64,000 bases of DNA, taken from positions 770 through 64,769 of IMG/VR virus record IMGVR_UViG_3300022220_000004. The stretch is one strand, 5' to 3'. This document shows, piece by piece, positions 28,223-37,081 of this stretch. The stretch is from a virus (taxonomy: Duplodnaviria; Caudoviricetes). The translations under genes were made by a program, and so were the position numbers. The notes under the pieces are model-generated. The model did not search any database, was not told the DNA's origin, and was given only the letters and a program-made list of their open reading frames with translations. Each line of letters starts with the position of its first letter. The stretch's first letter is position 1.

Positions 28223-28771
28223 GTGCCTAACGTTTTGGTAAAAACTCTGTACCGACCTGTCGGGCAAACAGCCTTGGCTAGATTTGCGGCCAGGGCTGTT
28301 GAGCTTGGACTGGATGCGCCAACGACGGAAGAGATTATTGAAGCTCTCAGCGTCAACATTGCCTTCTTCTCTATCACCCGCCAGCAGGGCATGCTCAGAT
28401 CCCACAACCGAGACAAGATCGTGGAGTGGGTCAGCGAGATCACCGGCTTGAAGCGGGATGAGATAAACCTAAAGGAACTCGATTTCGAGCACTCATCTGA
28501 ACTTCTCATGCAGCTGCAGGCCGTTGACATCCTGTCCGGCCTGTCGTGGGAAGACTGTGCCGGCATCGAGTTCGGCGGGAAGGTTCCGCCATGGTTCAGC
28601 GAGCACCCCGAGGATCTGTGGGTGGCCAATGAAGATCCCGCCCACTGGAGCAAGGCAGAGGACTGGTTTGTCACTGAATGCCTTTCGCTCTTGTGGGAAG
28701 CTAACCCACAACTGGCCCTTTCGGTGGGCCAAGTCCCTTTAGCCTTAGAGCCAGAGCCAGAGAAGACCTAG
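28223..28771 (+). CDS. tail assembly chaperone (gpG-like)
   Basis: follows the tail tube gene; in-frame slippery heptamer near its 3' end. Confidence 0.65.
   Translation: MPNVLVKTLYRPVGQTALARFAARAVELGLDAPTTEEIIEALSVNIAFFSITRQQGMLRSHNRDKIVEWVSEITGLKRDEINLKELDFEHSSELLMQLQAVDILSGLSWEDCAGIEFGGKVPPWFSEHPEDLWVANEDPAHWSKAEDWFVTECLSLLWEANPQLALSVGQVPLALEPEPEKT
28735..28741 (+). other. -1 programmed ribosomal frameshift site, giving a gpGT-like fusion ending at 29094
   Basis: C CCT TTA (X XXY YYZ) in the chaperone frame; the -1 frame is open from 28705 to 29094 and includes LPRSGGIQDQD. Confidence 0.7.
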
Positions 28772-29086
28772 ATCGACTTGATAGGTTTATCGGTAACTGG
28801 CTCAGTGAGGATGAGGGGACCAAAGAGTGGGACCCGCTAGATCCAGACAACATCATAGTTGATCTGGATGGCTCGCTGCCTATGTGGGCGCTGTGTCAGG
28901 CATTCCAATGGCGTCATCTACCGAGGTCCGGCGGTATACAGGACCAGGATGACGCTTTTTTGCATGACGCTGCTATCATATCTCGCCGGCTTGGCCTGCT
29001 AAAGGCGGCACGGGACAGGAACAAGAAGCGCCGGGAAGATGCAGCAAAGCGCCTTGGCCTGTTCGACAGACTCAGGGGCAAACAAC

Positions 29087-29698
29087 GTGGCTAAAGTACG
29101 AGTGAACGTGCACACCGTCTGCCGGCTAACACCGACATTCCGGCTGGTCATGCCCAACCCGGCAGACGCCTGGCAAGAGGGCATACAGCTGGCGTATGCG
29201 TTCGCCCTAATGAGCACAGATCGCCTGAACTACGTGACCGCACCGATTCTGGAGGGTTTCAGGGCGAACTTTAGGAGTGAAGGATCTGCAGCTGGCGGCT
29301 GGCACCCCTTGGCCGGCCGGACAGTCTTTGAGCGTGAAGAACTCTTGCACCAGCAAGGCTTTGCGGGCGCAGGTTCCGGCAGTCTTGTGCCGGGCTTCAC
29401 GTCAAGGCACCCGATCTTGCAGCGCACTGGCGGCTATATGGCGTCCTGGGTAGAGCGTGGCCATCATGATCACGGCCGTGAAGATTTGTCTGTGGGGCGG
29501 GTAAGTAGAACGATTATGGAGGGGAGTGACGACTATAGGGCAGAGGCCCTGTCTTTAGGGGACAACTCTGGTGGGGAGGGCGCAGAGGGCACCCTGCCAC
29601 CGAGGCCGGTGAACTATATCGACGGACTGTATGAGACATCTATCAAGGCAAAACTGGACGCCCTGCTGACGGCGTACGTCCAGACGGTGCACCCATGA
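29087..29698 (+). CDS. virion morphogenesis / tail completion-like protein
   Basis: NF.SEG...W.PL...T...ILQRTG...PPRP pattern (Mu gpG-like). Confidence 0.65.
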   Translation: MAKVRVNVHTVCRLTPTFRLVMPNPADAWQEGIQLAYAFALMSTDRLNYVTAPILEGFRANFRSEGSAAGGWHPLAGRTVFEREELLHQQGFAGAGSGSLVPGFTSRHPILQRTGGYMASWVERGHHDHGREDLSVGRVSRTIMEGSDDYRAEALSLGDNSGGEGAEGTLPPRPVNYIDGLYETSIKAKLDALLTAYVQTVHP

Positions 29699-29699
29699 T

Positions 29700-29858
29700 T
29701 GGGGCACCGGCGCCGCTCTCGCTGCTACCTAATCGGCAAGCTGGCCAAGGCTCGACACTCGTCAGTGTCAGGGCGATTGGTGCAGTATGCGGTGTCTCAG
29801 ACCGTCGTCACGCCGGTGGCCCATGGGCCATGGGCTTTCATCACAAAGCCCATAGATC
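29700..29858 (-). ncRNA. candidate structured antisense RNA
   Basis: non-coding gap with nested stems downstream of a strong minus-strand promoter. Confidence 0.45.
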
Positions 29859-29864
29859 TACTGA

Positions 29865-29893
29865 ATTATACCACGCATGCCTGTTATAGTCAA
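29865..29893 (-). promoter_or_regulatory. antisense sigma70-type promoter
   Basis: TTGACT-N17-TATAAT with extended -10 TGG. Confidence 0.7.
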
Positions 29894-29907
29894 GGGGAGT
29901 CAGAACG

Positions 29908-32900
29908 ATGCCAGGAAAAGCTGAATACTGGTACGTGCTGCGGCTCGACAGTGAGCAGGCGCTAAAGCAAGCGGAGGCGTTTGCCAAAGCTGTACAGCAG
30001 CAGATGAAGGAGATCAGGACTACGGCCAACATAGTCCTGAAAGCCACTGTTGACACGAGCGCGACTAAAAAGGCCGTCAAGACAGAGGCGCAGAAGGTTG
30101 CTGCAGAGTACAAGAAAGCACTTGGCACTGCGCAGCGCGACTTTGCCACTACCACATCGAGGGCCGGCGCACAGCAGTTCACGCAGGGCTTCCGTTCCAT
30201 GTGGGAAGAGGGCACGATCAACCCATCTGCCGAGGCAGTGCAGGGCATACGCAAGGCAGAGTCAGCCGTTGCTGCACTGGGCAAGACCGCCAAGACTATG
30301 GGGGTGTCCACTGACGACTTGGTGGACATGGGCGGCGTGGACCGTGCGATCACGGCCGTGCAGTCTGTACAGCGCAGGATGTGGGGCTTGCGTGGCCTTG
30401 GCTATCAGCTGGAGTCATACGGCCGCAGCATGACGATGACGGCAACTGCCATGGGTGCCGCAGCTGCAGCTGCGAGTAATGAGTACCTAAAGTTTGCCGA
30501 TCCCCTTGGTCGTGCTGCCAGGAACCTTGATCTAAACTCAGAGTTGACCGGGGTGCTGGACAAGCGACTAACGGAGTTGGCCGGCACAGTGTCCATGATG
30601 TCCCCGAGAGAGCAGGCAGAGGGCCTGTACCTTTGGGCAGCTGCCACCGGTGCCGTGGTAGACTCAGAGACAGAACTAAACAACGTGCTGACACAGGCGG
30701 ATCACGTGCAGCGCCTGGCCAAGCTAGGCAACGTCTCGTACGGTGTTGCTGTAGAGGCCACAACTGACATCCTCTCCCAGTATCAACTGAACATCTCCGA
30801 GACAGAGCGGGTTGTTGGTACCTTGATCAAAGTGGCCGCAGTGTCAAAGGCAGAGGTCGGGGACTTGGCACAGGCGTTCTCTTTTGCCGGCGCCAGGGCC
30901 GACCAGGCCAACACCACCTTTGAGGAAACGGCCGCTGCCTTCCAGCTGCTGAGCGCCTTTGGCTTGCGTGGATCTCGCGCCGGCCGTGGCTTTGCAATGC
31001 TCATGGAGAACTTGATCGCACCTAGCGAGAAAGCCCGTGGTGAACTAGACGCCTTGTTCGGATCTGTCTTTGGCAGAACAGATGTGCTGGAAACCGCAGA
31101 GGGTCAGTTTGTGGGCATGGCGGAGGCAATCAACATCCTGGCGGAGGCAACAAGCGGCTTGACCGAGATGAGGACCCAGGAGATCGTGGCCAACCTCACT
31201 TCTCAGAACGCCAGCCGTGCCCTGGTCCCCCTTCTCAAGCTAGAGACACAGGCTAGGGAGCAGGGGATCAGCGCCATCGAGGCCACAGCCAACATCCTTG
31301 AAGGCCAGGTGGGTGCCCAAGAGCGGGCCTTTGTCGCACTAATGGAGGCTCAGACCGGCTACGAGATGAGCACGGAAAGTTCTACGGCCACAGCTGAGCG
31401 CTACTGGACTCAGCTAGCTGAGTCCATGGTTGGGCAGGCGGAGTTCATGAAAGCCCGCTTTGCCGGCGCCGTTGGTGACATCGGTAGAGAGATGACCATT
31501 GTCCTCTTGCCCGTTATGAGGGAGGCGGCGGAGATCGCCAGCAAGCTGGCTGCATATACCTCAGAACACCCGAACGCAGCCAAGGCCGTCGTGGGCGCCG
31601 TGGCCATCGTCGGCCTGGCCGGCCTGCTGACCACTGCGGTGGGCAAGGGTATCCGCTTAGTGGCAGATGTCAAGACGCTGGCCATGGCCACTTCACTGTA
31701 CAACACCGCCACCAGGCAGATAGAGGCCGCAGCGCTACAGATGGCAGCTAGCGAGAACCAGATCCGGGCTGCAGGAATGCAGATAACTACACGGCCGGCG
31801 CTGCCCGGACCTGTCGGCGCCGGAATGGGCCTTGGTAGGGCTGGCAGCATCCTTGGTTCGGTTGGCGCCGTAGTTGGCGTGGCTGCTGCCCTGGCCCTGG
31901 TCTACAGCGAGATGAAGCGGGTGGACGACGAGCACAGGGAAGAGGCCAGCCTGATCGCCGCTACCACTGACTCGTACGCCGACTACGTTGAGGCAATGGA
32001 GGACGCCGGGGAAGGGAAGTACGCCCTCACTGAGGCCACCTACGCCCTGCTGGAGGCTGAGAGAGAGCGGGGCAAGTTCGCAGACTCTGAGGCAGAGAAG
32101 GAACGTGCCAAGGAACTGTTGCGGGCGCAAGACAACATGGAAGCCGCCATAAGGCAGATGCTCAAGGCCAATAAAGGGTGGGCATTTGTCACCAGCGGGC
32201 AGATGGAAGAGGGGTACGGGGAACAAGTCAAAGAAGCAGTGGCCAACATGGGCGAACTGGAAAGGTCACTGCTGAGACAGCGCGATCTGGTTGCCGAGGT
32301 TGCAGCCTCTAGCGGTATAACCGCACCTGGCATGGCGGAGTACCTGGCTCAGATGTTTGAGCTAGAGGCTATGTACGAGTCTGTAGCCGGGGAAGAGGCG
32401 TGGCAGTCCATGCGTCCACCAGAGGACCTGGTATCAGAGGCGCTGCTGGTAGCCGAGGCCCAAGGGGAGATTGAGGAAAAGACCAGGGCAGCTGCAGCTG
32501 CGGCCGCAGCTGCAAAGGTGACGTGGGACGACTGGCTGGAAACGATGGGCACCATGGACAGTGCCCTGTCCAGGACCAGGGACGGTATTCTGGAAGTGAT
32601 CGCAGCCCTACGGCTGCTTCCTGGAACAGAGGGCGCCATATCTGCCCTGGAGGCCAAGCTATCCGGCATCGAGGGCAGCATGGAAACTATGCGCTTCGAG
32701 GCTATTGGCCACGGGATAGAAGAAGGCGCCAAGCTAGGGGTTGCGTCACTGGAGGATCTGGCGGCGGCGGCGGAGTCAGCCGCAGAGAGCGGCTTTGGCA
32801 TGTTCGAGGGCCTGGCCGACTACATGCCGAACGAGGCGATCCTTGCCAACTACCAGACCTACCTGGAAGAGATGGACCAGACCTACAAGGAAGCCGCCCT

Positions 32901-33837
32901 GATGGGCGAGCGGGCCGGACAGCTACATATCTTACGATGGCAGCAAACCTGGGACGATTGGGCGGACTCTCACAAGGAAGCACAGGACCAGATCACGAGG
33001 GATGCAGAACAGGCACAGAAGGACAGAGAGCAGTTCCTGAAAGATGCGCAGTCGGGCTTCGAGGGCCTGGTCAGGGACGCACTAAAGCCGACGGATGTCA
33101 CCGATCTGGACATGCTAGACACCGCCTTGGGCAACTACGCCGACAAGTGGGATGAGCAGGCCAGGCGGATGAAGGCAGCGCTGGCAGATCCGATGAACGA
33201 GTGGCGGGCATCCATGATCCCGGCCGATGTCCTGGCCGGCGGAGAGGATGCGATCCAGGCGTTCGGCAAGCGCTGGCTAGACTCCTTCTACAAAGGTATG
33301 AATCCAGATGCGATTGACTGGCCAGCCTTCGTGCAGTCGTTCAAGGACAACCTGGCCGCTGCCACAGCGCAGGAGAACCTGCTGCAGATCGCTATCGGTG
33401 AACTGGCGGCGGCAGGGATCACGGCCACGAGTGATGAAGTTCTCGCTGCGCTTGGCTTACAAAGTCCAATACAGCAGATGTTCCTTGGCGGGCTGTCCAC
33501 AAAGGCTGCGAGTGACAGCCTGTCAGGGACCATGGGCAGCGTTGTGTCTGGCATGTCGATTGAAGACGGCGCCTTCGACACTGCGGCCGGCACGGTCAAG
33601 GCTGCATTTGACACCAGCTTGACCGGCAAACTGGCCGAGATGAACCTGCCTAGTACTCTAAACTCTGCATGGACCAAGCAGATAGCTGACACTCCAGACC
33701 CCATCATTAGTGTGGGCAGGATGGCCGGCGCCCTGTTCTGGCAGGGCTTTGAAGGCAGTGTCGCTGCCGGTGGCCTGATCGATACCGTGGTAGGGATCGT
33801 GATGGAGGAAATACTAGCCGCCATTGAGGCAGATTAG
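29908..33837 (+). CDS. tape measure protein (TP901-like core)
   Basis: 1309-aa Ala-rich helical protein; GLRGSRAG motif. Confidence 0.9.
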   Translation: MPGKAEYWYVLRLDSEQALKQAEAFAKAVQQQMKEIRTTANIVLKATVDTSATKKAVKTEAQKVAAEYKKALGTAQRDFATTTSRAGAQQFTQGFRSMWEEGTINPSAEAVQGIRKAESAVAALGKTAKTMGVSTDDLVDMGGVDRAITAVQSVQRRMWGLRGLGYQLESYGRSMTMTATAMGAAAAAASNEYLKFADPLGRAARNLDLNSELTGVLDKRLTELAGTVSMMSPREQAEGLYLWAAATGAVVDSETELNNVLTQADHVQRLAKLGNVSYGVAVEATTDILSQYQLNISETERVVGTLIKVAAVSKAEVGDLAQAFSFAGARADQANTTFEETAAAFQLLSAFGLRGSRAGRGFAMLMENLIAPSEKARGELDALFGSVFGRTDVLETAEGQFVGMAEAINILAEATSGLTEMRTQEIVANLTSQNASRALVPLLKLETQAREQGISAIEATANILEGQVGAQERAFVALMEAQTGYEMSTESSTATAERYWTQLAESMVGQAEFMKARFAGAVGDIGREMTIVLLPVMREAAEIASKLAAYTSEHPNAAKAVVGAVAIVGLAGLLTTAVGKGIRLVADVKTLAMATSLYNTATRQIEAAALQMAASENQIRAAGMQITTRPALPGPVGAGMGLGRAGSILGSVGAVVGVAAALALVYSEMKRVDDEHREEASLIAATTDSYADYVEAMEDAGEGKYALTEATYALLEAERERGKFADSEAEKERAKELLRAQDNMEAAIRQMLKANKGWAFVTSGQMEEGYGEQVKEAVANMGELERSLLRQRDLVAEVAASSGITAPGMAEYLAQMFELEAMYESVAGEEAWQSMRPPEDLVSEALLVAEAQGEIEEKTRAAAAAAAAAKVTWDDWLETMGTMDSALSRTRDGILEVIAALRLLPGTEGAISALEAKLSGIEGSMETMRFEAIGHGIEEGAKLGVASLEDLAAAAESAAESGFGMFEGLADYMPNEAILANYQTYLEEMDQTYKEAALMGERAGQLHILRWQQTWDDWADSHKEAQDQITRDAEQAQKDREQFLKDAQSGFEGLVRDALKPTDVTDLDMLDTALGNYADKWDEQARRMKAALADPMNEWRASMIPADVLAGGEDAIQAFGKRWLDSFYKGMNPDAIDWPAFVQSFKDNLAAATAQENLLQIAIGELAAAGITATSDEVLAALGLQSPIQQMFLGGLSTKAASDSLSGTMGSVVSGMSIEDGAFDTAAGTVKAAFDTSLTGKLAEMNLPSTLNSAWTKQIADTPDPIISVGRMAGALFWQGFEGSVAAGGLIDTVVGIVMEEILAAIEAD

Positions 33838-33846
33838 GAGGACGGC

Positions 33847-34212
33847 ATGCCTTTTCAGATAAACGCGACAGACCCGCCTGCTGGCGGCACGCCGGTTGGC
33901 AAGGGGTACAAGTTCGTCTTGCCAGAGGCTATGGGAGTAGATGGTAATGGCCTCCCGTGCGGTGCGGTTGGATACCCTAGAGTCATTGTCAGGTTCAATC
34001 GAGTCACGGGCACTGTGTGGGACTGGTATAAGGACTTCACTGGCGATGAGCCGTCAGTGGAACTGACATCCTTGCAAGTGTGGAACCCATATGCGGCTAC
34101 TCCAGCGTGGACGACGTACAGCACGTCAGCAATCATGCACAGGCCCACCTATGAGGATATATCTGGCGGCGACTACCTGGACGTAGAGATCAAGTTTACA
34201 AAGCTGAGTTAG
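33847..34212 (+). CDS. putative distal tail protein
   Basis: position after TMP; SD GGAGG. Confidence 0.5.
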   Translation: MPFQINATDPPAGGTPVGKGYKFVLPEAMGVDGNGLPCGAVGYPRVIVRFNRVTGTVWDWYKDFTGDEPSVELTSLQVWNPYAATPAWTTYSTSAIMHRPTYEDISGGDYLDVEIKFTKLS

Positions 34213-34216
34213 GCCA

Positions 34217-37081
34217 ATGGCAACTACGAGCGATCAAGACTCGCGCACAGCAGCACCCTGGACCGACTTTGAACTAAAGTTCTTTGTGGGCGCAGATCGG
34301 ATGCTTGGCGATGTCGAGTTGACAGCCGGCGGCGCCTACGATCCAGAGGCGTCCACATATCTCACGACAGACGTAGGGACCGATGATGACCACGTGTATG
34401 TGGCAAGCACGGTTGGGTTCACCACGGGATTCATCGCCATACACCCTGAGGCCGCAGGGGAGCACTACGAGGTCATGGCCTACGATGATACGTACAGCAA
34501 TGAGTTTTACCACTTGACCAGATTTGAGCCTGATGGAGAGAAGCGCTTCCACTCTGCCGGTGCCACGGTTTCAGAGTGGATGGAGGTCACAGAATATCTC
34601 TATGGCGATGTCTCCATAGACCTGAACCACGACGATGAGATCTCTGACTGGTCGGCTAACATCAAGGGTCACAGTTACCTGTCTACCGTCTTCCAGCCAG
34701 ACAGAGCCTTCCTGTGCATGTGGCGTTTCAGGCCGTACAATGGTAGTATGTCAACTTGGTCAAGCTGGCAGGTCGGCTTTATCGGCTTCCTCCAGGATGT
34801 GAGCATAGATGGTGACTGGAAAGAGGCGAACCTGTGGACGGCCAAGGTTGTGAGCCTGGGATTCTACGTGAACAAGACCGATGTTGTTTCTGGTGTAACC
34901 TATGGAAAGATCGATCTTGCGAGCGGCAGGACAGTAGAGGTTTCAAGTCACCTAGAGGATGTATACCAGGAGGCGGAGTCCGGTGAGTTCTACGGGACGC
35001 CAAGCCTGGACGGCGACAGGGCTGTAGACGATGACATATCTACGCTTTGGGTGAGTGACGGTGAGCCGGCGCCTACCATAGAGACACCCGTTGCCAGTGG
35101 CGGCAACATAAATGAGGTCTACCTTCGGGCAGAGCCTTGGATGCCCGACGGCCTGCAGTGGTTTGAGTTACGTGGATCGCTTTACCCAAACGGTTTCAGC
35201 GGAAGCTACATAGCCAGCAAGGTTACAACGTGGGGATGGACCGGGTGGGACCCTGACGGACGGCACCCCAAGTGGAATTACTTGAAGCTACCGCCCACCC
35301 CACCCTTGGGTGACTTTTTTGGCGTGTTCACAAACGACAAGGCCATGTTTATGGCTCATTTTCCAGGGTGCACCGCAAATGTGTATGACTGGCGATCCCT
35401 CCAGGTCGGGAACTTTTCGCTAGACCCGACCGGCGACTTTATTTCCCTTCGCCTGTTGGGCGTGCAACACGTGGATATTATCTGGTGGGACGGTGGCCTT
35501 GGCGGTTGGGCGCTGTACGACTTTTGCGGGGGCGGAAGCCATTATTATGATGCCGGGGGGACCAATTATTCTGGCTGGACAGGTGCCATGTGCACCGTGC
35601 CGCCGGTCGGCCACACGATCAGGTCTGATCCGACTGGCAATAGGGGCGGGACCATTGCGTTTTATGAGCAGGATGAAGATCACCCCACGCCAGGGGACGC
35701 CATCACTGGAGAGCCAGAGTACATCATAGTGGACCTTGGCTCTTTGGGTATATCGCTCGATTCAGCGCTGGCAATGGGCGCCACGACCGAGGCGGCGCTA
35801 GACGGACACTTGGGACTGACGGATGGCCCGGCCTACGCCTCTATAGATCCTGGCGGAGCTAGTCACGAGATCATTTCATACCAGTCGGTGGACAGGATCA
35901 ACAACAAACTCCTAACGTTGACCAGGGGAGAGGGGGGCACGTCAGATCAGGCCCACTCTGCCGGCGAAGCAGTCCAGCAATATGAGAGTGGAGCGGCCAC
36001 GGACAACCACTTGTTGCAGACTGTGCGCTGGAGGCGCAGGCCAGTCCTTGATTCATCGGGTTTGTCATACGTTGTGCCACGCCACTTCGATGTATATGCC
36101 ACAATCTATAGCACCGGCTTTCCAAAGCCAGATGAGGCTGAATGGGACGACGGCATTGGTAGTGGTGGGTGGGAAGACTACTGGGACAGGATCGCAAGCG
36201 TTAGGTGGTACAGCCAAACAGGCTGGCAGAAAACCCTCTCCGCACCTATCAGGGCTAGAAACATCATGGTGTCCTTCATGGGGATGTCCGACGGAGGCCG
36301 GGTCAAACTCAATAGCCTGTACGCCTATGGCCCAACCGGGTACGTCCTCACAGCCGGGGAAGAGGACGACAGCTTTGACGCCGGCTTTTCCAGCAGTATC
36401 ATATCGAGCCTGTTAGAGACTTGGCTTGCCATGGACGAATCTAACATCACATTGTCAGCAGGTGGCCGGCAGGTTTACAAGCTAGACGTGACCAGAGATC
36501 GCATAGCAAATGCGATTAGAGACATCTGCAAGAGCGCCGGGACGACGGTGTACTTTCGCCTGGACAATACCGTCGAAGTGGACTGGAACACACTGCTTGG
36601 CATGGGCGGTTGGCCGTCGGTATTCTTCTACTGGACTCGCAGCAATTCCAGATCCATACAATTTTCTCGCAAAACCCGTACAAATGTGGCCCAAGTCATT
36701 GTCAAGCTCACTGACTCCGAGAACGAAGAGATGTTTGAGGCTGTTTGGCCATCGTCGCCATTCCCACTGGGTGACATCATAGAAGAAAACGAGAGCTTGC
36801 TAATTGGCGATGAGGATGACGCTGCGAGCATTGCCGAGATGCTATATCATAGCCGGAGCCAGACTGACACCGTGGATATTGTGGTTAAGGGCATAGCAGA
36901 GTGGGCGTTGCCAGGTCAGCGTCACGTGATAACCTTCGACGTGGACGGCGACGACACCTACCTGAACGGTCATAATATAGTCGTAACCGGCGTGACTCAC
37001 AGCATTGCCCTTGGCGATACAGACGGCACGGGCAAGCAGTGGATAACAAGGATCACAGCCAAGAGGGTGGAATATGCCTAA
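34217..37081 (+). CDS. tail/baseplate hub-like protein
   Basis: 954 aa, beta-rich; C-terminal VTGVTHSI...W.T.I pattern. Confidence 0.65.
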   Translation: MATTSDQDSRTAAPWTDFELKFFVGADRMLGDVELTAGGAYDPEASTYLTTDVGTDDDHVYVASTVGFTTGFIAIHPEAAGEHYEVMAYDDTYSNEFYHLTRFEPDGEKRFHSAGATVSEWMEVTEYLYGDVSIDLNHDDEISDWSANIKGHSYLSTVFQPDRAFLCMWRFRPYNGSMSTWSSWQVGFIGFLQDVSIDGDWKEANLWTAKVVSLGFYVNKTDVVSGVTYGKIDLASGRTVEVSSHLEDVYQEAESGEFYGTPSLDGDRAVDDDISTLWVSDGEPAPTIETPVASGGNINEVYLRAEPWMPDGLQWFELRGSLYPNGFSGSYIASKVTTWGWTGWDPDGRHPKWNYLKLPPTPPLGDFFGVFTNDKAMFMAHFPGCTANVYDWRSLQVGNFSLDPTGDFISLRLLGVQHVDIIWWDGGLGGWALYDFCGGGSHYYDAGGTNYSGWTGAMCTVPPVGHTIRSDPTGNRGGTIAFYEQDEDHPTPGDAITGEPEYIIVDLGSLGISLDSALAMGATTEAALDGHLGLTDGPAYASIDPGGASHEIISYQSVDRINNKLLTLTRGEGGTSDQAHSAGEAVQQYESGAATDNHLLQTVRWRRRPVLDSSGLSYVVPRHFDVYATIYSTGFPKPDEAEWDDGIGSGGWEDYWDRIASVRWYSQTGWQKTLSAPIRARNIMVSFMGMSDGGRVKLNSLYAYGPTGYVLTAGEEDDSFDAGFSSSIISSLLETWLAMDESNITLSAGGRQVYKLDVTRDRIANAIRDICKSAGTTVYFRLDNTVEVDWNTLLGMGGWPSVFFYWTRSNSRSIQFSRKTRTNVAQVIVKLTDSENEEMFEAVWPSSPFPLGDIIEENESLLIGDEDDAASIAEMLYHSRSQTDTVDIVVKGIAEWALPGQRHVITFDVDGDDTYLNGHNIVVTGVTHSIALGDTDGTGKQWITRITAKRVEYA

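Noticed and set aside
29700-29860. tRNA or hammerhead ribozyme
   Set aside because: No TTCRA T-loop or cloverleaf spacing. CTGACGA is present on the minus strand but lacks a correctly placed GAAA and the three-stem core.
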